Shown: in pieces, positions 29,062 through 37,332 of the stretch
Numbering within the stretch: position 1 is the stretch's first letter
Layout: every line of letters starts with the position of its first letter
Origin: an uncultured SAR86 cluster bacterium
GTDB taxonomy: Bacteria > Pseudomonadota > Gammaproteobacteria > Magnimaribacterales > AG-339-G14
Direction: 5' to 3'
NCBI GenBank assembly: GCA_902526045.1
Contig: CABZJI010000001.1
Location: 90,482 to 154,481 of the forward strand
Length of the DNA: 64,000 bases
The notes under the pieces: model-generated
Databases searched by the model: none
Seen by the model: only the letters and a program-made list of their open reading frames with translations
What the model was told of the DNA's origin: nothing
Made by a program: the position numbers and the translations under genes

Positions 29062-29466
29062 TCAACTTTGTTTTTTGACCCAAATTGGTGCTAATAACAT
29101 TATTGTCACAACTAACCAAAACACAGCAAAAACTGGATTATTTGGAATTAAATTAAAAGTTGTTTCGCCGGTTCCAAGGAACTCAACGAAGGCTTGTCCT
29201 GATGAACTCAAATTATCAAGCTCAGCTAGCTCGTTTACTACACTCTGCCAAGTTATATCTAAGAAGCCAATCGTTTGTAAGTTAATAAAAACTATTCCTA
29301 ATGCAAATAAAGTCACTAAGATTTTATTCAACATTGGAGCGCCTTCATCATAAATTCTTAGAGTAGCTCTAAAACCTACCCAAAGTAAAAAAAGTCCCCC
29401 AACTTGAAAAATTGCATTACTGATCAAGAAGCTATAAAAGCCCATCATTATTTCATTTTCAGTCAT
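29062..29466 (-). CDS. small three-TM membrane protein, paralog B
   Basis: 134 aa. AGGAGA lies 6 nt upstream of the ATG. Same architecture and motifs as paralogs A and C. Confidence 0.65.
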   Translation of the reverse strand: MTENEIMMGFYSFLISNAIFQVGGLFLLWVGFRATLRIYDEGAPMLNKILVTLFALGIVFINLQTIGFLDITWQSVVNELAELDNLSSSGQAFVEFLGTGETTFNLIPNNPVFAVFWLVVTIMLLAPIWVKKQS

Positions 29467-29528
29467 ATTTTTTCTCCTATAAAATTTGAACTGAATTAAT
29501 ATTAGATAAATAGAATGTGAAAAGCCAT

Positions 29529-29560
29529 AAAAAAAGGAGGTTAAGAACCTCCCTTTTTTT
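29529..29560 (-). terminator. rho-independent terminator of paralog C
   Basis: A-run-GGAGGTT-aag-AACCTCC-c-T7, 17 nt downstream of the paralog C stop. Confidence 0.8.
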
Positions 29561-29576
29561 AGCTATAGATTGACTT

Positions 29577-29993
29577 TTAACTTTTTGGAGCTGGAGAAGT
29601 CCACATTCCACCTATAAGCCCTACCAGAATTGCTAATATAAATACAATTCCTATCGGATCTGATGGAATCAATGACGAATTTACGTATTCTGAAGCTCCA
29701 GTGCTGTCAACAAAGAGTTGAAGCGCCCCATTAAGTTCTTCTCCTGACTCAGAAAGAGCATAAGCCCAATTGTTAACAGTAGAAGTGATATTACTGTAAG
29801 TTCCCGCAAAGAAACTAATGATGCAAAGAGACATTATTGAGTGTAAAACTTTGCCGAAAGTGTTTGCACCGTATATGTAGGCGTTACTTACTCCTCTAAA
29901 CATCATCCATAAAAGCAATACATTCCCCACAAAGAATGTAGCGAATAATTGCATCAAGCCAAGATAAGCATCTTGAATTTGTGTTACTTCCAT
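29577..29993 (-). CDS. small three-TM membrane protein, paralog C
   Basis: 138 aa. GGAGGG lies 4 nt upstream of the ATG. Same architecture and motifs as paralogs A and B. Confidence 0.65.
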   Translation of the reverse strand: MEVTQIQDAYLGLMQLFATFFVGNVLLLWMMFRGVSNAYIYGANTFGKVLHSIMSLCIISFFAGTYSNITSTVNNWAYALSESGEELNGALQLFVDSTGASEYVNSSLIPSDPIGIVFILAILVGLIGGMWTSPAPKS

Positions 29994-30122
29994 TTTTCCC
30001 TCCTATAAAAAAAACTAATAACTAATATTAAATCTTCTAATATCAAAACACTACAATTTTGTTTATTTAATATTTGCAAAATAATTATTCTAGGATTTGA
30101 TTTTTTTAAGTTATGATAAATA

Positions 30123-30437
30123 ATGTTTGAAATTTATTTAGATAAGGCAAAAAAATACCGTTTCCGCCTGAGGGCAAAGAATGGAGAGAATATCTGTGCA
30201 AGTCAGGCCTACACATCAAGATCTTCCTGTATGAAAGGGATAAAATCCGTTGCAAAGAACTCAAAATCCAAAGATAACTTTATTTCTCAGGAATCTAAAT
30301 CTGGAAAATGGACTTTTAGGTTAAAGTCTGGAAACAATAAAGTTATAGCAACCAGTCAATCATATAAAGACAAAGCATCCATGAATAGAGGGATTAAAAG
30401 TGTGATGACTAATGCTCCAAAGCTTGTAATAAAGTAG
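30123..30437 (+). CDS. YegP/UPF0339 family protein (two DUF1508 repeats)
   Basis: 104 aa. The repeat YRFRLRAKNGENICASQAYTSRSSCMKGIKSV / WTFRLKSGNNKVIATSQSYKDKASMNRGIKSV parallels E. coli YegP. Confidence 0.8.
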   Translation: MFEIYLDKAKKYRFRLRAKNGENICASQAYTSRSSCMKGIKSVAKNSKSKDNFISQESKSGKWTFRLKSGNNKVIATSQSYKDKASMNRGIKSVMTNAPKLVIK

Positions 30438-30525
30438 CTTTTTGGTTTTCCAGTTCAGTCGATGAAGGAAATACCTATTACTAATTTGGTCGAGTGATAG
30501 GATTCTTCAAGGAAGCAGGAGAGCT

Positions 30526-31845
30526 CTATTGCCAGGTGACTTTTGCGAAAGTGCCGGTTGTGCAATAAAAAATATCTCTGTTAAAACCTGGCGTTAAAAA
30601 CATGCCGTTAGCTAATCTTGCATTCACATCAACCTTGCTAAGCAACTCTCCAGTTTGAATATCCACAACAATTAAAAAGTCTTTGTCGTTTTCAAAACTA
30701 TTAATCACTAATTCTTTTGACTCGGGAAAAACAACCGGCTGCATAGTTGGTCTAACTGCCAAAGTCCAGGCTAAATCCAGATTTCCGTTTTTTGTTGAAA
30801 TACCTGCAAGTCCTCCATTTAGACTGTCCCATGCAATGCAAGTTTCTAATTCTGGAACGTTTACCGGTGGGGCAATAATTCCGCCGCCATCTCTGTCAAA
30901 AGGTTCAATAACAGATAGTTTAGATGTTGTGAGATCAACCTTTAGAAGTCTTTGTTTGCCTGTCCATGGTGCAGGACTTCTCCAACTTAAATGAGTATTT
31001 TCATTGACCCTGCCGTTGGGATGTACACCATAAATTTGTCTCACTGAATCTATGTCCCCATTATCCATCAACCAAAGGCTGCCATCAGAAATGCAACCAT
31101 CCCATGCCAAACCTTGAGCGCCTTTTTCTTTTCTATATTGTGGCTGCCACTCTTGATCAATTTCCAAATTTTTTTCATTAAATTTCAATCGCCAAATACT
31201 TGAGATTCCTGGAACGTAAATAAATTCACCTTCTGAGGTCAAATCACTTGCAATCCTTCCCATGGAACCTTCTGGAAGTTGAACAGTCTCAAGAACTTCA
31301 AGAGTGTTAGGATCTAATCTTGTTATCGAAGAATTATTTTGATTCTCAAGCCTGCAGTCTTTAGTAACTATGGTTCCGTCAGATAAGATTAGTAGTCCAT
31401 TATGCGCTCTATCAATGGGAAGTTTTTTCTCTATTAAAACTTGGCAATCAGTATCTAAAACGTGCATGTAATTTCCGTTAACCTTGATAATGTTCCCGTT
31501 TTCATGTGCAGCTATAGCTCCGCACCAAACATGATCACCGCAAGGCAAATTAGGACTTTCATTGATAATCTCAAGAGATTCCGAATCTATTCTTTGGACC
31601 CATCCGAAAGGTTTTGGTCCATTGAAATATGGCATCGTTCCGCCAAGATAAAATTCATTCTCGTCTCTTCTAACAACCATTACATTCCATTTATCGGAAA
31701 CAACAGATATAACTTTTGCTTCGGAGCCTCTAGCAAATACTCCTCCTTTAGCTGCCTTCTGCCTTCTGTTTCCACCACATTCAACGGGCCAAGGCGATTT
31801 ATAATAACCAGGATGTTGAAATTCTCTATCTGTTGAATTATTCAA
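30526..31845 (-). CDS. hypothetical cytoplasmic protein, beta-rich (propeller-like?)
   Basis: 439-aa uninterrupted ORF with no signal peptide and repeated short beta-strand/Gly-Asp-Asn turn patterns. Family not recognised. Confidence 0.5.
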   Translation of the reverse strand: MNNSTDREFQHPGYYKSPWPVECGGNRRQKAAKGGVFARGSEAKVISVVSDKWNVMVVRRDENEFYLGGTMPYFNGPKPFGWVQRIDSESLEIINESPNLPCGDHVWCGAIAAHENGNIIKVNGNYMHVLDTDCQVLIEKKLPIDRAHNGLLILSDGTIVTKDCRLENQNNSSITRLDPNTLEVLETVQLPEGSMGRIASDLTSEGEFIYVPGISSIWRLKFNEKNLEIDQEWQPQYRKEKGAQGLAWDGCISDGSLWLMDNGDIDSVRQIYGVHPNGRVNENTHLSWRSPAPWTGKQRLLKVDLTTSKLSVIEPFDRDGGGIIAPPVNVPELETCIAWDSLNGGLAGISTKNGNLDLAWTLAVRPTMQPVVFPESKELVINSFENDKDFLIVVDIQTGELLSKVDVNARLANGMFLTPGFNRDIFYCTTGTFAKVTWQ

Positions 31846-31900
31846 TTTTTAATATTCGTTTAAAAATTTGATCGGTAAAATAACTTAATTATTTATCTAG

Positions 31901-32551
31901 CTAACGATTGTAAGATAAAACGCTCTCTAAAACAGTGACCATATTATTTGGGTCAACAGGAGATTTAAAAAAACCATAAAAACGACCAGCAGGGCTAAGT
32001 AAGGCGAGGTTCATGCTGTGATCCATGTCGTAATCAGTTCGTTTTGAATCCACGACTGGAACAAAAGGAAGTGTTAGCTGGGTAGCTAAAGTATAGATTG
32101 TTCCGATATCCCCACTTACGCCAATAAAAGATGAATCAAACGATTTAGCGTATCTGTCGATCAGCTCTGGAGTATCTCTATCTGGATCAACAGAGACGAT
32201 CATAAAGTTTATCTTATCTCTTAATTGAATGTTTCTTTCGGCAAGAAGATTAGAGGCCTTTTTCATTTTCGCCATAGTCATCGGACACATATCAGGACAA
32301 GATGCAAAACCCATAAAAACCAAGTGCCATTTCTCAAGCAAGTTTGTTTGCTTAAAAACTTCTGTCCCTGACTTAAGTCTAAAATCTGTTAACTGTCTTG
32401 GAGCTGAAAGTTCATAAAATTTTAGTTCTTTGTATTCGTCTTTAGTCAGCTCCTTGGGTGAAACAATACTATATACAAACGCACCTATCACTAATGACAC
32501 TAATACAAGACAAGACAAGACAGTTAAACGGATGTTTGAAGTTCTAGACAT
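31901..32551 (-). CDS. SCO1/SenC copper chaperone
   Basis: 216 aa. N-terminal TM anchor, CxxxC (FASCPDMCP) and the downstream His (DHSMNLALLSPAG). Confidence 0.85.
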   Translation of the reverse strand: MSRTSNIRLTVLSCLVLVSLVIGAFVYSIVSPKELTKDEYKELKFYELSAPRQLTDFRLKSGTEVFKQTNLLEKWHLVFMGFASCPDMCPMTMAKMKKASNLLAERNIQLRDKINFMIVSVDPDRDTPELIDRYAKSFDSSFIGVSGDIGTIYTLATQLTLPFVPVVDSKRTDYDMDHSMNLALLSPAGRFYGFFKSPVDPNNMVTVLESVLSYNR

Positions 32552-33416
32552 AAGTTATCAGTGCCTTGTCAGCAATCATGAATACAAAGATTAACGTTAA
32601 ATAAACAATAGAATACAAAAATAGACCCATAGAATTATCAGCGCCATCGCTTTTTTTCAATTTCCATGACTTTTGAATAAAAATTCCTCCTAGCAAAGAA
32701 GCTCCGAATAAGTAGAGATAGCCAAAATAGCCAGTAGCAAATAGCAGTAAAGATACAACCATTAATAATATTGAATAAAGAACTATTTGAATTTTTGTAT
32801 ACTCGATACCTTTGACAACAGGCATCATTGGTATTCCAGCTTTTGCATATTCTTCTTTTTTATTGATAGCGAGAGCCCAAAAATGAGGTGGTGTCCAAAT
32901 GAAAATTAAAAGAACCAATAAAAGCGGCAAAGGGTCTATTGTGCCGACAACAGCTGTCCAGCCAAGCAATGGAGGCATAGAACCTGCTAATCCTCCAATT
33001 ACAATATTTAAAACTCCAGAAAACTTTAAAATCTTAGTATAAATGAATGCATAAAAAATCCATGTTGCAAAAGTAAGAATCCAGGTTAAAAAGTTATTAA
33101 AATAAAGTATTAAAGCTGACCCAATGAGCAGCAACAAAACGGCAAACAGAGTAGCTGAAAAAATACTAATTTTTCCTGTAACAATTGGCCTTTTTCCTGT
33201 TCTTTCCATAACAGAGTCATACTTGAAATCGAGGATCTGATTTATCGCCGCTGATGAGCCTGCTATCAAAGCTATTCCCAAGAAACCTGTAAAAGCAGTT
33301 ACTAAATTTAAATCAAAGTTGGTTGCCAGAACCATTGAGGCCCCAGCTGTAATCATGAGTAAATACAAAACACCTGGTTTTGTTAAGTTGAAATATTCTT
33401 TTATCGTAAAGCTCAT
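32544..33416 (-). CDS. cyoE: protoheme IX farnesyltransferase (heme O synthase)
   Basis: 290 aa, polytopic UbiA-family protein. D-rich loop (DFKYDSVMERT) and WTPPHFWALA motif. Confidence 0.9.
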   Translation of the reverse strand: MSFTIKEYFNLTKPGVLYLLMITAGASMVLATNFDLNLVTAFTGFLGIALIAGSSAAINQILDFKYDSVMERTGKRPIVTGKISIFSATLFAVLLLLIGSALILYFNNFLTWILTFATWIFYAFIYTKILKFSGVLNIVIGGLAGSMPPLLGWTAVVGTIDPLPLLLVLLIFIWTPPHFWALAINKKEEYAKAGIPMMPVVKGIEYTKIQIVLYSILLMVVSLLLFATGYFGYLYLFGASLLGGIFIQKSWKLKKSDGADNSMGLFLYSIVYLTLIFVFMIADKALITYV

Positions 33417-34417
33417 GCGGTGCTTATTGTAGAGGATTTTAGCCTGATAAAGGATAAATACATCAATAAGAATAGAGCGCCTAAGTTATGAGCTATTGCT
33501 ACGTATAAAGGAACTTGAAAATAAATATTTGAGATTCCCAAGACTAATTGAAAGCCAATCAAAGAAGCAAAACCAAATGAGGCAGCCCTGTATTTCTCTT
33601 TGTAAAAGCGCCAAGTTAGAAGCAAGAAGACCACTGTGACCGCGATCGCTCCTAGTCTGTGAATAAAGTGAATTGCAACTCTGGATTCAACATCTAGTTG
33701 TCCGCCTAAATAATCCGGACCAATTTGTTGTAGAAAATTAAATCCTTTTGTGTAATCTGCTGGGGGCAACCATTGCCCATGACATTTAGGGAAATCAGGA
33801 CAAGCTAAAGCTGCATAGTTTGAACTGAGCCAAACGCCAAGAATAATCTGACCAATTAAAAAAGGGAAGGCCCAATTTAATAAGGTTTTTGTTTGAGCGA
33901 GCACTGAAAAACTAATGTTAAAAGTAGATCTGAGTTGGGATGATCTTAAAAAAATTAAGAATACTAACGTGGTTGTGAAGAAACCTCCCAACAAATGAAG
34001 AGTTACTACTTGAGGCCATAATTGAAGGCTAACTGTAAGGTATCCAAATAATGACTGTATGCATACCAATATTGTTGCGGAAAAGATTAAATTGTTTAGT
34101 CTTCTATCTTTAATTTTCGAGAAAATAGCTAAAAAGAAAAGACTAAAAATTAATAACCCTAGAGTTCCAGCGAAATATCTATGCACCACTTCCGGCACAG
34201 CTTTAACTAATTCAAATTCTCTCTCTGGAAAATCAATATTGGCTTGAATAATTTCTGACTCGGTTACAGGCATCCAAACGAAGCCGTAACATCCTGGCCA
34301 ATCAGGACACCCCAATCCAGCATCAACTAGTCTTGTCCAAGCTCCGAGACCAACAACAACGAAAGCTAAAAAAATGCCAATTAAGCTAATTATTTGAATC
34401 TTCTTAAAATTATCCAA
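33413..34417 (-). CDS. ctaA: heme A synthase (COX15/CtaA)
   Basis: 334 aa with 8 TM. GLGCPDWPGCYG and CPDFPKCHG cysteine pairs, and conserved His in HR..A helices. Confidence 0.85.
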   Translation of the reverse strand: MDNFKKIQIISLIGIFLAFVVVGLGAWTRLVDAGLGCPDWPGCYGFVWMPVTESEIIQANIDFPEREFELVKAVPEVVHRYFAGTLGLLIFSLFFLAIFSKIKDRRLNNLIFSATILVCIQSLFGYLTVSLQLWPQVVTLHLLGGFFTTTLVFLIFLRSSQLRSTFNISFSVLAQTKTLLNWAFPFLIGQIILGVWLSSNYAALACPDFPKCHGQWLPPADYTKGFNFLQQIGPDYLGGQLDVESRVAIHFIHRLGAIAVTVVFLLLTWRFYKEKYRAASFGFASLIGFQLVLGISNIYFQVPLYVAIAHNLGALFLLMYLSFIRLKSSTISTA

Positions 34418-34997
34418 TTTTTGAAACCCTCAATAATTTTTTTAAGTCTTCAAGAATTTGTTTAAAATTTATATTTTTATCTTCCTTAGGACCGTAGAAC
34501 ATTATGATGTTACCCAAAGGGTCTGCAATGAAGAGAGATCCATCTTCAAAGGGATTGATATTTTGACTTTTGAATTCTTCAACTATCAAAGATCGTTCGC
34601 TGTATGTTGCATGATTAAGGGGCTGATATTTTTCCAGAACATTAAAATTTTTCTCTGGCTCAGTAAGAAGAAACCTAGATACACGAATACTTTCTCTATT
34701 CAGCGCGATATTTGCTTGTCTCGCGACATAAGCGGCATCATCACATGTAGATGAACATTCTCCTTTTACAAATTGAAAAATCATCCAGTCTCTTTCAATA
34801 GTTTCTATGTTGAGCGGCTGGTAGTCATAAGTAACACCAAGCTTCCCAATATCAATTGGTGGTGAAAGGAGTTGACCGTTATTTACTCTGCCTTCTGGAA
34901 GAGATGTGCCGGAGTAATACCAAATAGTGCTCGAAAGAATCACAAGAATAGGCGTTAGGAAAATTAACATTGCTATGACAAAATTTTTCTTAATCAT
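34410..34997 (-). CDS. membrane-anchored SCO-like thioredoxin-fold protein (cytochrome oxidase cluster-associated)
   Basis: 195 aa with an N-terminal TM anchor. FQFVKGECSSTCDD (CxxxC) and FIADPLGNIIMFY parallel the SCO1 motifs of the neighbouring gene. 8-nt overlaps on both sides. Confidence 0.55.
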   Translation of the reverse strand: MIKKNFVIAMLIFLTPILVILSSTIWYYSGTSLPEGRVNNGQLLSPPIDIGKLGVTYDYQPLNIETIERDWMIFQFVKGECSSTCDDAAYVARQANIALNRESIRVSRFLLTEPEKNFNVLEKYQPLNHATYSERSLIVEEFKSQNINPFEDGSLFIADPLGNIIMFYGPKEDKNINFKQILEDLKKLLRVSKIG

Positions 34998-35754
34998 TTT
35001 TCCTGAAACCTACAAAAATGAAACCTGCTAGAGCAACCAGACCTAAACCTAGCCATTGAATTGCATAACCAAAATGACGATTGGCAGATAAATAAACGGG
35101 TTGCCATATTCTTGAGAAGCCATCTAATGAGTATTCATCAAGTTCAAAGACTACCGCTGGATAATTTGTTTTCCATTTCGTATTTACGAGATCGATATCA
35201 AATGACTGCATCTCGAGGGTGCTCTCTATCTTTTCGCTAGTGGAATTATCAATCGTAAAAGCTTTCTCAATCGGTCTAAAAACTCCTTGCAAAAGATAGT
35301 TTCGATTTAAAGTCTTTTCTGACTGGCTAAAAGATTCTAACCATCCTTTAGATACTATTAGCGATATACCACTGTTCGATAAGAATTCTTGATAGACAGA
35401 AAATCCACGAGCTCCACCGTAGATTGCATTATCTACTAAAATTGTTTTTTCGTTGAAGTTACCTTGCATGAAAAAGGGTCTATACCATTGGCTGGGTGAA
35501 GCATATTCTAATGAAATAAATTCAGTTGGGGGCAATGTTTGTTGATTATTAATAAAACTTTCAAGCTTAGATTTTTCTAATCCTCTCTGATATTGCCAAA
35601 AACTTAAGCTAAATAAAATTGGTAATATAATTACCGTAAAAGTTATAAACTTCCAACTTGGATTAAATTTTCTAATGTTAGTAAAAATACTCATCGCCGT
35701 TTTAATGATTGCCATGCTGATAAGCCTCTTTTCGAGCGCTGTATTTATGATCAA
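34990..35754 (-). CDS. SURF1 family cytochrome oxidase assembly protein
   Basis: 254 aa as listed. FWQYQRG after TM1 and a C-terminal TM with YAIQWLGL. Later starts at 35715 or 35694 would reduce the overlap with the antisense small gene. Confidence 0.8.
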   Translation of the reverse strand: MIINTALEKRLISMAIIKTAMSIFTNIRKFNPSWKFITFTVIILPILFSLSFWQYQRGLEKSKLESFINNQQTLPPTEFISLEYASPSQWYRPFFMQGNFNEKTILVDNAIYGGARGFSVYQEFLSNSGISLIVSKGWLESFSQSEKTLNRNYLLQGVFRPIEKAFTIDNSTSEKIESTLEMQSFDIDLVNTKWKTNYPAVVFELDEYSLDGFSRIWQPVYLSANRHFGYAIQWLGLGLVALAGFIFVGFRKND

Positions 35755-35887
35755 AGATAAAAAAGGTGCAATGACCAGGAGCTTTATGGCTCTTAGAGTA
35801 AGAGTAATTATTGCAGGACTTCTTCTGCTGACTCTTGCTTACGGCCTTTACAGTGGTCAAATAGTAGTTAATAGCCCTTGGGGTTAG
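35675..35887 (+). CDS. DUF2909-like two-TM small protein, antisense within the cox cluster
   Basis: 70 aa. ISLFSSAVFMIKDKKG...ALRVRV matches the pattern I recall for DUF2909 proteins found between coxC and SURF1 in gammaproteobacteria. Confidence 0.55.
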   Translation: MLVKILIAVLMIAMLISLFSSAVFMIKDKKGAMTRSFMALRVRVIIAGLLLLTLAYGLYSGQIVVNSPWG

Positions 35888-36786
35888 AATACGTAAACCA
35901 CCAGTACCAATAATATCCATACAACATCAACAAAGTGCCAATACCAGGATCCTGCTGCTAAGCCAAAGTGATCTTCTTTGGTAAATGCTCCTCTAAAGCC
36001 TCTTATAGTCATAATTGTTAGAATAATTGCCCCCATACAAACGTGGAAACCGTGGAAACCGGTTAAAAGAAAAAACGTCGTTCCGTATATTCCTGCACCA
36101 AGAGTAAGACCCATATGGTCGTAAGCTTCGTAATACTCGAGTCCTTGCAAATAGACGAAAGTAAATCCGAGAATTAGAGTCATGACCATCCAAAACTTAA
36201 ATGAAGTTCTGTTACCTTTTTTAAGACCATGTTCTGCAATAGTGATGGTTCCGCTTGAGGTTATTAGGCAAAGCGTATTCCAAAAAGGTAGCCAATGTCC
36301 TACGTTAGCAAAGCCAGGAAAATTCATATTTTCTTTTGGCCCTTGGAATAAAGACTGATCTGGAGTCTGCATCACAGGCCAAGTTGCCTCAAATTCGGGC
36401 CATAGCATATTTGCAATGGCTTTTTCGCCCTCACCACCTAACCAGGGAACTGCAAAAACTCTCACGTATCCGAGAGCTAAAAAGAAAGCAAAGAAAAACA
36501 TTACTTCGCTGAAAATGAACCACTGCATTCCCATGACAAAAGATCTATTTAGTTGATCGCTGTACATTCCTTTATCGTTTTCTTTAATTACTTCACCAAA
36601 CCAAAAGAAGAATACTGAAAAGATAACCGCAAAGGCAGCAATTAAAATCCAATAAGAATTCGAATCGGGCTTATCTAAATCATTGATGGTGTAGCCTGCG
36701 CCTAATACAAAAAGCATTAATCCAAATGCCATCCAAATTGGTAGCCTGCTGCTTGCTGGAACAAAATATGAAGATTGATCAGACAT
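35884..36786 (-). CDS. coxC: cytochrome c oxidase subunit III
   Basis: 300 aa. C-terminal TGFHGFHVCMG...WYWHFVDVVW motifs. Confidence 0.92.
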   Translation of the reverse strand: MSDQSSYFVPASSRLPIWMAFGLMLFVLGAGYTINDLDKPDSNSYWILIAAFAVIFSVFFFWFGEVIKENDKGMYSDQLNRSFVMGMQWFIFSEVMFFFAFFLALGYVRVFAVPWLGGEGEKAIANMLWPEFEATWPVMQTPDQSLFQGPKENMNFPGFANVGHWLPFWNTLCLITSSGTITIAEHGLKKGNRTSFKFWMVMTLILGFTFVYLQGLEYYEAYDHMGLTLGAGIYGTTFFLLTGFHGFHVCMGAIILTIMTIRGFRGAFTKEDHFGLAAGSWYWHFVDVVWILLVLVVYVF

Positions 36787-36792
36787 GATTAA

Positions 36793-37332
36793 TTACTTAC
36801 TTACTTGTAATTTTATATGAGATTCAGTGATATCGAAAAGAGTGTAACCAAGCGTCAACACCGGAACATCGCTGGGAAGATCTGGATCAATGATGAATCT
36901 AACTGGCATGGTTAACTTTTCTCCTGGTTGAAGAAGTTGTTCCTCAAAACAGAAGCATTCAGTTTTATGAAAGTACTGTGCACCTTTACCAGGTGATACG
37001 CTTGGGATGGCTTGAGCAACCATAGGATATTCTGTAGGATTTTCAAACGTGTAATCTACTGTATAGGCAGTTCCCGTTTCTGCATCTAATACTCTTTTTT
37101 CAGATGTAAAATTCCAAGCCATGTTTTCATTATTCTTTGTAACAAAGAGAATTTTAATTTCCCGAGAATTAAAGTTTTCATCGTATTCAGTAATAGTGGG
37201 GCCAGATACTTTTCCATTTAGACCAGTGATTTCACAAAAAACATCATATATAGGAACCAAAGCAAAACCAAAGCAAAACATACCTAAAACAAGACTCACT
37301 AATTTTAAGTTTGTTTTAGTAGCTGCTTTCAC
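36793..37332 (-). CDS. ctaG: cytochrome c oxidase assembly protein CtaG/Cox11
   Basis: 179 aa. TM anchor and the copper motif CFCFEEQ. Confidence 0.88.
   Translation of the reverse strand: MKAATKTNLKLVSLVLGMFCFGFALVPIYDVFCEITGLNGKVSGPTITEYDENFNSREIKILFVTKNNENMAWNFTSEKRVLDAETGTAYTVDYTFENPTEYPMVAQAIPSVSPGKGAQYFHKTECFCFEEQLLQPGEKLTMPVRFIIDPDLPSDVPVLTLGYTLFDITESHIKLQVSK

Noticed and set aside
30526-31845. Idea that the beta-rich protein next to SCO1 is an SBP56/MtoX methanethiol oxidase, which is known to neighbour SCO1/senC genes.
   Set aside because: The sequence shows none of the SBP56 blocks I remember, has no signal peptide and has a different length pattern. It is kept as unknown.
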